Below, piece by piece: positions 24,937 through 37,683 of a stretch of 64,000 nt of DNA. Below the pieces are notes generated by a model. That model was not told the DNA's origin and made no database searches. It saw only the letters and a program-made list of their open reading frames with translations. Both the position numbers and the translations under genes were made by a program. Source of the stretch: Octopus vulgaris (taxonomy: Eukaryota); NCBI GenBank assembly GCA_951406725.2, contig OX597818.1, positions 130,820,001-130,884,000 of the forward strand. Direction: 5' to 3'. Each line of letters starts with the position of its first letter. The first letter of the stretch is position 1.

Positions 24937-25422
24937 CCCTTCAGTATTCAGATGTAATATTTATTCATGTTGTTTTGAATTAATGATACATTATCTTGTA
25001 GCTTTCAGTTCACAATCATGAGGTAGTGAGTTCGATTCCTGGACTGGGCTGTGTATTGTATTCTTGAGCAAGACTCTTTATTTCACATTGTTCCAGTTCA
25101 CTTAGCTGTAGAAATGAGATGCAATGTCACTGGTGCTAAGCTGTATTGGCTTTTGCCTTTCCCTTAGATAACATTGGTGGTGTGGAGAGAGGGGAGGCTG
25201 ATACAAATTTGCCTAGACTTGTGCTTTGGAGGATAACTTTCTAGGAGCAATCCTATGGTCTTTTATGACCGAAAGGGATCTCCTCCTTGAGATTTTGATG
25301 ATGTAGTTGTTTATTTTTAGAAGGATATTGTAGGGTATGTGTGAAAGGCTCAATATGGCTTGTTTGAACATAAAACAGATAAAACATTTAGCCTGGATAC
25401 GACCAGTTTAAATGTTAAAGGA
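24937..25422 (-). mobile_element. piggyBac-like TTAA MITE interrupted by a family C SINE (25006-25285)
   Basis: ttaa-CCCTTCAGTATT...atgttaaagga-ctaa; reverse complement matches the 3331 copy. Confidence 0.65.
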
Positions 25423-25575
25423 CTAAATAGTATATTTATAGCATGTCTTATTTTTAGTGGTTCAACAAAAGAGACTGACAGAATAAATACTAGGTTTAGA
25501 AAATAAGTCCTGATGTTGATTTGGTCGACTAAAACTGCTATCAAAATGACTGAAACAAGTAAAAGAATAAAAGAA

Positions 25576-25622
<47 letters not shown>

Positions 25623-25699
25623 AAGAAATAGTGGCTTTGTAAATGAAAAACTTTAGGATTAGGACAAATGAAGTAATTACATTTTATGTGACAATATAT

Positions 25700-26400
25700 C
25701 TAATAGTATTAGGTGTAAGTCTGAAATCCTAAAAAGACCCAGATGAGCTGAGCTGATGCAGTTGTGATCTCATTGGGCAAGAATGTTTGGTGCTACTGAT
25801 ATTTGAGCAGGAAAACAAAGGTTTGGGCCTTTAGATCTCTGGTTCTCCCCGTCCTGCTCTACAGCTGCAAAACTTGGACACTGTCTGGGGCCCTTAGGAG
25901 CCACCTAAACTCCTTTGGTACCAGGATGCTTCACAAGATTACGGGTTACTATTGATCAGGTTTTCTATCCAGTCAGTGAGTCTACTTAGAAACTGGGATG
26001 TATCCTGTTACTTGAATGATTCGGGAGTACCAGCTCAAACTGTTTCATTAAGCTGCTTGATCTGCCAAGTTAGACCTTGATAACTGTGTTCACTAGTGTA
26101 GATTGAGTGTGTATTGCCTGGGGTGGCCCTTTACTTTGCTGCCTCCAGGTCCCCACAAAAAAAAAAAAATATTGCCTACAGCAGACCCAGAAGTGGTGCT
26201 GCCCCCATAAAAGTGCCATCTGAGTTGGACTGTCCACTCCAGTTATGCTAATGACTGTGTTCTCTTCTTTGAGGATTCAGCTGAATTGATGACTCGAGTT
26301 GGCTGGCCACATACCAAATTCTCATAGCAGATGAGGAGGCATCTCACAGAGATGGGAACTGACTGGAACTCTGCTCGACAAACTACTCAGGAGGATCCAG
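25700..26400 (+). mobile_element. Decayed RTE-clade LINE ORF (post-RT region)
   Basis: YLSRKTKVWAFRSLVLPVLLYSCKTWTLSGALRSHLNSFGTRMLHKITGY*...IREYQLKLF matches the RTE signature LLYGCETW. Confidence 0.8.
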
Positions 26401-27225
26401 GCACTGGCACACCATCATTTATGATGACGAGGGTTCCAGCTGATTCTGAATATTTGATGTAGCCAGGTAAACTGGCTCTTGTAAAATTCAGTGGGTTACC
26501 CAAGAAACTAGATATCAAGAAAATATTTAATCTAAAACTGAACAAAATATTAGGAAAATGCACCAGTATATTTCATGCATTGATGTACATGTGTGTGTGT
26601 GTGCTTGTGTATGCATTTCAGTATATATATACATATCTCCCTTATAAATGTGTGCTGTGTGTGGAGGGTGATACATATGTGTGTTTGTCTATATATGTGT
26701 GTATATATACATATGTGTGTGTGTGTGTGTACGTGTTTGTTTATATATTTATATATATATAAAAGCTTCTGTTCTTAATGATATTGACTGGGGAAGACTT
26801 ATATGAAATTTCATTTATAAAAGTAGGTCTTTTGAATGAGGATAGATTGTGTTTAGAATCTTGCATCAGAGACAGTGGAACCACACATCAGATACACACA
26901 CAGACGCACACATACATATGCACAAACACATACATATTCACACATTTGTGTAGATATACATATATACTTATTAGACATATACACGTATGTGTACATATGA
27001 TGCATGCAAACCTACTTGTATAAATGAGAAATTGTATGCTTTTATGTATGTGTGTATATATATATATATATATACACACATATATATATATACACATATA
27101 TATATATACTGAGAGAGTGAGAGATACATATATACATAAATATATATGTACAGAAATTCATATGTAAATACACACACTCACACACACATATGCATACATA
27201 CTTGCATATATACATACATTCTTAC

Positions 27226-27278
<53 letters not shown>

Positions 27279-27293
27279 CATACATATATATAT

Positions 27294-27365
<72 letters not shown>

Positions 27366-28198
27366 TCACACATACACATGCACACACATATTCATGTACA
27401 GAATCTAGTTCGGAACTAAAAATCAAATCAAATAAATAGATGCAAAACACATAATAACAAGACGATGATGATAAGACAGATCGTATTGTGAATTGAGGAA
27501 ATTGCTGGATTCAATATATTTTTATTATGTACACAACATCCGTGAATCCTTCTCGTGGAGATCTGCAATAAGGATTCAGAAATGAAAGACACGGAGTGTA
27601 AGAACGCTAGTTTCTTTTTAAATGCATAGACAAAAGTAAAGTATTTTTAAAAAGAAAACTTCTAAGTATTCTTGATATGATATTCGGAATGAAATTTATC
27701 GTGAGAAAGACAGAGGTAAAACAAAAACAGAGAGGGAGGGAAAGAAAGCGAGAGAGAGAGAGAGGGAGAGAGAGGGGGAGAGAGAGAAGCGGGGAGAGAT
27801 GTAAATGTTTACAATAATAACTTTAATCAGCATTGTTATTATGACTGGTTTTTTTTTTTCCTTCCTCTTAGAATATATTTGTTTATTTATTTATGCAGTG
27901 TTGTAAATGTTTTTTGGTAAACACGATAATCTAAGAATAAGGCAGGCATTGAAATTAAATATATCACTGTATCTATAAAGAAATTTACTAGATTGTCATA
28001 TTCCGACTTGTTGCAGGTTTTATTATTTTATTTTTCGTTTGTAAAATTTACATCTTACTTTTTATTTTGAATTTTTGTTCAGTTATCACTATAATTCCAT
28101 AATTCTTTCACATTTTTCTTTCTTTTTTTACCTTCTTTTTTTTTTGGATATGTTACTTTTTCTTTGATCTGTAAAAATTTATTTTGAAGATAAGGATG

Positions 28199-28235
<37 letters not shown>

Positions 28236-28609
28236 GCCATAGGGATATGTATGCATATATGTTTGCTGTGTGAGTACGTGCTTATGTATGTATGCATAAA
28301 TAGATATATATACATAAGCATATACTTAAATATATATACATACATAAATATATATTTATACATAAATGTATACATATATAAATATATATTTATACATACA
28401 TATATATACAAATATATACATATATATATATGTATAAATATATATATATATACATATATACATAAATATATATTTATACATATATATTATATACATGCAT
28501 AAATATATATATATATATACATATATATTATATACATACAAAGATATATATATATGTATATGTATGTATGTATATATATATATGTATGCATGTAAATATA
28601 TATAGGAAA

Positions 28610-28805
28610 TGTAATGAACAAAAAGAAAAACATAAAAGACAACATTGGTGGGATAGATATTAACAAATACTGTATTATTTTGATGCTTAAAAGGAAGGAA
28701 GGAAAAGAGTCTTAATGCTTTGAACATTTGCCCTTCATCAGAAGACAAGCATAGGAAGAGTGAGAAAGCAGAAAGATGTTTAAAAAAAATTCTTTTAACT
28801 CAGGT
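28610..28805 (-). mobile_element. Old PLE terminal-repeat fragment with degenerate hammerhead (28705-28748)
   Basis: Reverse complement reads gtctt-CTGATGA-agggcaaatgttc-aaagc-att-aagac; the downstream flank resembles 4720-4820. Confidence 0.5.
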
Positions 28806-29137
28806 GAAGGGTTAGTGGCCAGCAGGAATATAGTTCTTAGGGAGCAGGGTGTAAGAAGGGTGGAGGGAGCAGGTGTATGTATCTGTGTGTGCATGTTTGG
28901 GAGTATATTTGACCTTCAAGATGAGCATAAGGGTGAAGTGGTGTGTATGTATTTGCTTTTTTTTTGGTAGGATGTGTTGTAAGGTGTTGGTGTGCATGTG
29001 TGTATGTGAATGTGAGTGTGTGTAATTGTATGTTTAAGGAATGTGTGAAAGTCAGAAGGCGGAAACACATGTGCATGTGAGTTAAAAGGAAAGGCAAGAA
29101 GAATGTGGAGGGCATAGTCAAATTGTATGTGAAGATA

Positions 29138-29310
29138 TAGGTGCAGGAGTGGCTCTGTGGTAAGTAGCTTGCTAACCAACCACATGGTTCTGGGTTCAGT
29201 CCCACTGCTTGGCATCTTGGGCAAGTGTCTTCTGCTATAGCCTCGGGCCGACCAATGCCTTGTGAGTGGATTTGGTAGACAGAAACTGAAAGAAGCCTGT
29301 CGTATATGTG

Positions 29311-29357
<47 letters not shown>

Positions 29358-29570
29358 CTGTGTTTGTCCCCCATAGCATTGCTTGACAACCGATGCTGGT
29401 GTGTTTAAGTCCCCGTCACTTAGCGGTTCGGCAAAAGAGACCGAAAGAATAAGTACTGGGCTTGCAAAGAATAAGTCCCGGGGTCGATTTGCTCGACTAA
29501 AGGCGGTGCTCCAGCATGGCCGCAGTCAAATGACTGAAACAAGTAAAAGAAAAAAGAAAGAAAAGAAAAT
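29138..29570 (+). mobile_element. SINE family A, full length
   Basis: Head ggtgcaggagtggctctgtggtaag through the gaaacaagtaaaaga tail. Confidence 0.9.
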
Positions 29571-29839
29571 ATGGTTGTGAGACACTATCAAATAGTATCT
29601 TCTACTTTAGCTATGAGTTGACTTATGGATTCTTGAAGGATTTTTCATTTGTTATATTTACTTTACATGAAGTATCTCAATGTTACGTTCTTTGATTATC
29701 TCCCTTGAAAACACGTTCATCGTTTGCACAAAACCTATGGTGGCATTGTTGCTTCCAAAGTTTATTTTTGTTTCTCTATTAGTAATTTTACTCTCATATC
29801 TATCTTAAAATGAGCTGCTTGGTGGAGGTCTGCGGGGGA

Positions 29840-30280
29840 TAACATGACAAGACTTAACTGTTGGGATCAACTCAAAAAGCTCAGGCTTTGCTCCCTCCAC
29901 CACCTCAGTGACCTCTATATCATCTGTATGATGTGGAAAATATTCTATCAACATTGCCCATCTTTAAAATTCATCCGAGGCTTGGCCCCAGTGCCATCGA
30001 TCCACTACAGAAATGTTCGTGTCATATCACAACACTATGACAGAACCATTTCACCTCAATTGGCCCTGTTCTCTTCAACATCGGGGCAGACACACATAAA
30101 GGAGGAAAGCGATTTCACAAAATTTAAACGATCCCTAGATGATTACCCCCAACAAATACCAGATAAACCACCCACACCTAGATATGTCTCTGAAAACAAT
30201 AACCCACTACTTGAATGGGTTACGGTTTTCCAGAGCTGACTGTGTATCTCTTCCAGGTGGTGCTGTTAAATTAGACATGG
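29840..30280 (+). mobile_element. CR1-group LINE ORF2 C-terminal fragment
   Basis: NCWDQLKKLRLCSL...YIICMMWK...FKRSLDDYPQQIPDKPPTPRY...NPLLEW. Confidence 0.75.
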
Positions 30281-32112
30281 CCAAGTTGTTTATGGAAGAC
30301 CAGCAGTCACCTATACATATCGGCTTCCCCTCTCCATGCCACCGATGCTATCCAAGGGAAAGACAAAGGCTGATACAACTTGGTAGCAGTGACATTGCAA
30401 CTCATTTCTACAGCTGAGTGAACTGGAGCAATGTGATTGAAAAGCAGCATGAATGGCATGAGGGAAGGAGAAGGATTACCAGGAGGAAGTATGATGAAAT
30501 GAAGGGTAATAGAGGTTCCCAAAAGTGATGTGTGATGACAATGTATGAGAGAGGAGGTGGTAACGTTACAAGGCGTGGAAGAGGAAAAGATGACACTAAA
30601 GACAGGTAGTGGTTAGTGTGTGTAACTAGGTGAATATCTCTGGAGAGAGTCAATGGCTAGCAGTAAAGGTAAGTGATAATAAAGGTTACTGAATATGAGC
30701 AGACAGAATACAAACCCTTATTATACACATATGAAGATGAAAGTGGAGTAGAGTGATAAAAAGTGATGGTGGGAGAGAGATGGAATAAAAACATGTTGGG
30801 ATAAGGATTAAATATAAGCAGTGTCAGTGCCATTCCTGGGTCATACCTGCTTACACAGGTAACATGATGCAGTAAATAGAAAAGTGGGTGACTGATAGAT
30901 GAGAGACTATACCAGCTCTTTTCTGATTGGATAGAAGTGCTGGTATATATTTCTAACCACTAGGCCAGCTGAGGCTTGTAGATATAAGCATTCTTCATTA
31001 ACCTTAATAGGTGCTGAAACCATGCAGTAAAAGAACCACCTGAAGTGATTAGAAATCACTGTCTCTGAGCTAGCTGGTATTATCGCCATATCTATTTAGT
31101 CATTTTTTTTATTTCTAGTTGTGGCCATCTTAGACTTTTTAGGAAAAGTAAGAAAATCAATATTTATTACAAGGTTTGAAGAGGGAGGGGTTTTAAAAAA
31201 TATTTCTATAACATCATTTACCTCACATAAAATTTTGAAAAAAGGGTAATTTTCAATGTTTCTGCTAGTTATTTTATTTATTTATTTATTTATTTGTTTT
31301 TTGTTTTTTTTTTTGTCTTGCAAGTTCAATATATTTTTCTTTTTAAAAAGTTAAATCTTCCTAAATTCACTGAAAAATATAAAATTAGCTAACTGAAATC
31401 TTAAACTAAGTAGCCTTTTGTTAGTGAAAACTTTAAAAAAAAAAACCAAAAAAGAAAAAAAAAACCACAACACTGTTTAAAATAAATTTGATTATTTTAC
31501 ATATTTTATAACAGGAAAAAAAATTAAGATATTCTAAAACACGAAACCAGTATTACGAGAGGTACAAAGACCATAATTAGAAAGACGAAGAAGAGCAGGT
31601 TTTCACGGTGGAATGAAGTTAATTAGGAAAGAGAAGTGGACATCTTTAAGATATTAAGTGCTAATGTACCTTATTAGTCCGCTGCTAATTAGAGGTATTG
31701 CAGGCTACTTGTCTTATTGGAAAGTCATAGTTTTGGATAATATTCATAGCAAACTTCCACAGTAAGTAGGGTACAAAACTGTGTAGCAAATGTAATCACC
31801 AAATTGTAATTAGTGACCAATCAACCGAATAAAAAGGAATAACTAGATGATCATAGCACGGAATTAAGAATGGAAATAAATTTGGATTAATTTATTTGAA
31901 AATGTTTTGTTTTTGTTATTGATTTGTTTCCCCCCTCCCCAGCCTCCCTCCACTTAATTTACAATGGTATAGCTTGGCTTGGATTGGTTTGGTTGGGTGG
32001 AGCTTATGATTTCTGATGAATATATGGTTATTAACTTAGGTGTGAGTATAGATATCTCTCTCATTTTCTCTGTATGTAGATGTATGTATATATATATATA
32101 TATATATATAAG

Positions 32113-32328
32113 AGAGGGTGCCGAAAACTTCCTGATATTGGGTAAATGAAAATACTAGAGGATCAGTTAATTATGATTTTATTAAACATATTCCCCTCTC
32201 ATATTCACACACTTATTGCAGTGGTCCTTCAGGTTTTCTAAGCCCTGTAAAAGAATTCAGGAAGGTTGAGCGTCCAACCATGCCTTTTGTAATACCCTTA
32301 AAGCCAGAAACTTTTCAGCACCCCATCA
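32113..32328. mobile_element. mariner-type MITE in (TA)n
   Basis: Imperfect TIRs gagggtgccgaaaacttcctg / cagaaacttttcagcacccc with TA flanks. Confidence 0.7.
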
Positions 32329-32395
32329 TATATGTATGTATATATATATATAGGCATATCAGTATGTATATACACATATGAGAATACATACAAAC

Positions 32396-32432
<37 letters not shown>

Positions 32433-32522
32433 TATATATGTATATATGTATCTATCTATCTATCTATATATATATATATATATATATACATACATGTACA
32501 TATATACTTGCGTATGTCACTT

Positions 32523-32594
32523 TCCTATGTAGTTTAGTGGTTAGGATTCTTAGCTTTCACCCAGGTGACCCAGGTTTGAATCCCAGCATAGGAA
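32523..32594 (+). tRNA. tRNA-Glu(TTC) pseudogene
   Basis: 72 nt TCCTATGTAGTTTAGTGGTTAGGATTCTTAGCTTTCACCCAGGTGACCCAGGTTTGAATCCCAGCATAGGAA. Acceptor stem TCCTATG/CATAGGA is perfect, but the anticodon and T stems are mismatched and the T loop reads TTTGAAT. Confidence 0.8.
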
Positions 32595-33034
32595 CATGTT
32601 TATTTTGTCCAACCTATGCTAGCATGGAGAACAGAAGTGAAATGAAGATGATGATGATGATGAGGATGATGGTGCTGATGACCTAAAATGTCAGCAAAAT
32701 ATCAATATCCACTCATTTTACTCCCGCACAGGGTGATTTGTTTCACTTGGTTTGAGGTGTTCATTGGTTTTTAACACTAAACATCTTAAAGGGACTTTTT
32801 CCCTGATGCAGTCCTGCAGCTAATAAACTCTGTAACTACATACATTTAGTGTGTGTGTCCTTTATAATGTCTACATTATTAAAGCTACTTCAAATTCAAA
32901 ATTTGATATATTTATTATACGGTTTGGCTCCATGAGACTTGATGTTTCATGGGCATCTAACACGAACTGGAGCTGAATCAAACAGTTTTAGATAATAATC
33001 CATGAAACCCCTGCCTTTTCCTTTCATTTGTCCT

Positions 33035-33440
33035 CTCACTCATGTAACTTTGGCATTGAGAGTTGCACAAATGCCAGAACTGGGCGCCACTGCATAGTGT
33101 CAAGGACTCCAAATTTGCCATCAAGATGTAGGACAAGATACTGTGATAGCCTGGGCTTCAGAGGCCCACAGCTCTTCAATATCCTCTCGAAGAACCTAAG
33201 AGACCTGCATGGGGTGGATGCAGATATTTTTAAAATAAAACTGGATCTCTTCTTGTCAGGTGTCCCGAATGAACCAACTGGTGCAGGAGGTGCAGATGAG
33301 GGCAGCTGCATCGAACTCTCTCATGCACCAAATGGCAATTGCTAAAAAGCATTCGTGAAGTAAAATCATGTAGCAACACCAAATGGCGATGCCCCAGCAT
33401 GGCCACAGCTTGTGAGCTGAAACTAGATGAAAATAAAAAA
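33035..33440 (+). mobile_element. CR1-group LINE 3' end (ORF2 C-terminus plus 3' UTR)
   Basis: RTGRHC...YCDSLGFRGPQLFNILSKNLRDL...FKIKLDLFLSGVPNEP; tail ccccagcatggccacagcttgtgagctgaaactag. Confidence 0.8.
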
Positions 33441-33714
33441 AATATTAAAAAATATATATAGATGTATATCATCATCATCATCAGCAGCAGCAGCAGCTGC
33501 ATTTAATGCCCATTGTCCTTGGTGGCATGGGTTAGATGGTTTGGCCAGGGTTGGTAAGCTAAGGGGCTGCACCAGTCTCCAATCTGATTCGGCATGGTTT
33601 CTATGGATGGATGCCCTTCCTGATGCCAACCTCTCCAAGAGTGTAATGAGTGCTTTTACATGCCAGTTACATGACACTAGCAGTGGCCACATTGCTTCTG
33701 TGAAAAACCAATGC

Positions 33715-34354
33715 TTGAATTGTGCTGGTATGGTCATGAAATGCACACGGATGAAGACAGTTGTGTAAAGAAGTTCTGATGTCTAACTCTGGAGGGAAAC
33801 CTGTAGAAGAGGTAGACCCAAGAACACATGGGATGTGGTGGTGAAACATGATCTTCAAACTTTAGGCCTCACAGAGGTAATGACTGGTGACCAAGACCTT
33901 TGGCGATATGCTGAGCTTGAAAAGACCCATCAAGCCAAGTGAAATCATGCTGGTGTCACACAACTGGCACCCATGCCGGTGGCACAGAAAAAGCACCTTT
34001 TGAGCATTGGGCCTGATGGAGACACAGTGGCATGTGAAAAGCACCTTTCAAGTGGTGGGCCTTATGGAGGCAATGATGAATGACCGAGACCTTTGGCATT
34101 ATGTTGTGCTTGAGAAGACCCATCAAGCCAAGTAAAATCACAGTTGTGGCAGAGACTGGTATCATGGAAATGGCACCTGTGCCACTTGCACATAAAAGCA
34201 CCCTTGTACTATTCTCTCAGAGTGGAAGGGCAGCCAGCTGCAGAAACCATGCCAAATCAGACTGGAGTTGGGTGCAGCCTTCAAGCTTGCCAGCCCTGGT
34301 CAAACCGTCTAACCCATGCCAGCATGGACAACAAACGTTAAATAATGATGATGA
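33715..34354 (+). mobile_element. RTE LINE 3' end: ORF C-terminus plus family D 3' UTR and (ATG)n tail
   Basis: CWYGHEMHTDEDSCVKK...RGRPK-like motif...HDLQTLGLTEVMTGDQDLWRYA, followed by the UTR. Confidence 0.8.
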
Positions 34355-34355
34355 T

Positions 34356-34670
34356 ATCATCATCATCATCATCATAATCATCATCGTTTAACGTCCGTTT
34401 TCCGCACTAGCACGGGTTGGACGGTTCGACCGGGGTCTGGGAAGCCAGGGCTGCACCAGTCTCCAGTCTGATCTGGCAGTGTTTCTACAGCTGGATGCCC
34501 TTCCTAACTCCAACCACTCCACGAGTGTAGTGGGTGCTTTTTACGTGCCACCTGCACAGGTGCCAGGGGGGTCTGGCATCGGCCATGATCGGTTAGTGCT
34601 TTTAACGTGCCACCGGCACGGAAGCCAGCCAAGGCGGCGCTGGCATCGGCCACGTTCGGATGGTGCTTTG
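34356..34670 (-). mobile_element. RTE 3' UTR (family D), tail-to-tail with the previous copy
   Basis: catcgtttaacgtccgttttcc...ggatgcccttcctaac. Confidence 0.85.
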
Positions 34671-35094
34671 CCTGCTTGTACATAAGTGTATGTCTACATG
34701 TATGTAATCATGTATTATTCTCGAATCAATAAAGTCACTTTCAGCAGAATGAATGTATTGATAAATAGAATGGTTGACAATTCTTAAGTATAGAAGTGTG
34801 TGTGTGTGTGTGTTTGTGAGTGTGTATGTGCATGTGTGTGTGTGCATGCATGCATGCGTATGTATGTATATATAGTATATGTACGCACTCAAGAAACATT
34901 TATGTATGCTTGTGCATGCATCTGTGTGTATTTGTGCATCCACGTGTATGAATATGTGAGTGTGTGACTGTCTGTTGTGATAAATTTACAGGGCGAGCCA
35001 TTTCTTCTGAAGGAATGTGTTGTACAAATAGTGGGGGTTCTTGAGAGGCTCATAACTATATAAGAGTATATATATATGCATATACATATATATA

Positions 35095-35229
35095 TATATA
35101 TATATTATCTATCATATTATATATATGGTGTATGTGTGCACGTGTGTATGTATATTTATATTTATACATATTTAGATGTAAACAAACACATATATATATA
35201 TACGCATATTCTATATGTGTTTGTCTGTG

Positions 35230-35278
<49 letters not shown>

Positions 35279-35411
35279 TATCTATCATATTATATATATG
35301 GTGTATGTGTGCACGTGTGTATGTATATTTATATTTATACATATTTAGATGTAAACAAACACATATATATATACGCATATTCTATATGTGTTTGTCTGTG
35401 TATTTATACAC

Positions 35412-35412
<1 letters not shown>
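35095..35412. repeat. About 173-bp tandem duplication of microsatellite-rich DNA
   Basis: ttatctatcatattatatatatggtgtatgtgtgcacgtg occurs at 35105 and 35278. Confidence 0.9.
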
Positions 35413-35479
<67 letters not shown>

Positions 35480-35482
35480 TTC

Positions 35483-35521
<39 letters not shown>

Positions 35522-35915
35522 TATATTATGCATGTGTGCAGGTTTGTGCTTGTAGGGATGTTGTTGTTTGTGAATGAGCAGACATAACGGTGAGTAGTAA
35601 TAAGACAATAAATGGAACTGTAAGATCAACTGCAGTACTGCAGATTGTTCTAAGTACTTGGCTGTTTCTCACAAGTGTCTCCTTAGATTGCAGTTTACAC
35701 ATGTATGAACTGATTGTCTCTCTACATATGCGGCACATTCATGTGCTTTCTAATGCTCGCGTTATAATCAATACAATAAGGATACGTAACATGTGGAGTT
35801 CCTGAAGCTCGGTTGTGCTGCGCTTGTGCGTACGTGTTCATTCACACAAACAAACAACCACATTTCTATGCAAGCACCCTTTTATCCTACACACACATGC
35901 ACACATTCATATATA

Positions 35916-35958
<43 letters not shown>

Positions 35959-36024
35959 TTTTATATTAGTTATGATATTGTATTTACAAGTTTTTATGAA
36001 AAACAATGAAACTACTTAGCATCT

Positions 36025-36061
<37 letters not shown>

Positions 36062-36180
36062 CATATATATATATATACATACATATACATATATATATAT
36101 ACTTATACACACACATATATATATATATATACATATACACACATATATATATATATACATATACACACACATATATATAC

Positions 36181-36231
<51 letters not shown>

Positions 36232-36269
36232 GTAGGATAATAAAGAGAAAGTTCTTGGTACAGTATTAT

Positions 36270-36415
36270 ATATGTTTGAAAGAATGAGTAGAGACGGCCT
36301 TTTTGAGGGGATAATTTTTATTTTAATCTTAATAATGTTTACAGTGAGTTACTCTGATATGAGTTTCAAGCTTCTTGTAGCCGTTCTACTTCTTCTTCAC
36401 ATATGCTTTTGTATT

Positions 36416-36489
<74 letters not shown>

Positions 36490-36785
36490 TATTTTTGTAT
36501 ATTTTGTTTTAATTTTTTATCAGCGTTTTTTATACTTTTTTATATTCTTTTATATTCTATTCTCTTTTCAGTCTATGTTTTTTTTTTTGTATTTTTGTAT
36601 GTATACTTGTAAGAAAAAATCTTTTGCTATTTAAGCAACCAGTAAAGCATACAGATTTGAATTTGAAAATGGCTACGAGAGGCTTGAAACTCATATCAGA
36701 GTAACTCACTGTAAACATTATTATTAAGATTAAAATAAAAATTATCCCCCCAAACAAGCCATTTCTACTCATTCTTTCAAATATG
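36270..36785. repeat. Inverted repeat (~115-bp arms, ~285-bp spacer), probably PLE-derived
   Basis: 36270-36385 is the reverse complement of 36668-36785. Confidence 0.85.
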
Positions 36786-36788
36786 AAT

Positions 36789-37203
36789 ATGAGTGGCTGT
36801 GTGGTAAGTAGCTTGCTTACCAACCACATGGTTCTGGGTTCAGTCCCACTGCATGGCACCTTGGGCAAGTGTCTTCTACTATAGCCTCAGGCTGACCAAG
36901 GCATTGTGAGTGGATTTGGTAGGCGGAAACTGAAAGAAGCCCGTCGTATATATGTATATATATATATGTATGTGTGTGTATACGTTTGTGTGTCTGTGTT
37001 TGTCCCCCCAACATCGCTTGACAACCGATGCTGGTGTGTTTACGTCCCTGTAACTTAGCAGTTTGGTAAATGGAGGCCGATAGAATAAGTACTAGGCTTA
37101 CAATGAATAAGTCCTGGGGTCGATTTGCTCGACTAAAGGCGGTGCTCCAGCATGGCCGCAGTCAAATGACTGAAACAAGTAAAATAGTAAAATAGTAAAA
37201 ATA
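36789..37203 (+). mobile_element. SINE family A
   Basis: Near-consensus copy. Confidence 0.9.
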
Positions 37204-37285
37204 GTATATATATATATATATATGAATACATACATAGACACCCACCCACACACACACAATACAACACACATATATACATCACCAT

Positions 37286-37333
<48 letters not shown>

Positions 37334-37683
37334 ACTCTCCCATCAAAGACAATGTATGAGTGTTTAGTGTTTGCTAAACAACCTGAACAAATGGTTTGTT
37401 TATCATGATAAAGTGTATCTACAGTACATTAGCTCACTTACACCAATAAATCAACATTGCCAGTAGATATGCACAAGTATGCCACACATGAGATGCTGAA
37501 ATGATCACAGAGCAATGTGAAATGAAGTGTTTTGCTCAAGAACACAATGCACTACCTGGTCTAGGAATTGAAACCATGATCTAGCAATTGTGAGTGCAAC
37601 ACCCAAACCACTAGGCTAATAATGCAGTATTCAGTGTTCTAATAAAACAGCCATGTTAATTTGGATATAAAGATTACCATATA

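Noticed and set aside
32523-32594. Functional tRNA-Glu gene
   Set aside because: The T-arm and anticodon stem are broken and the B box is mutated (TTTGA).
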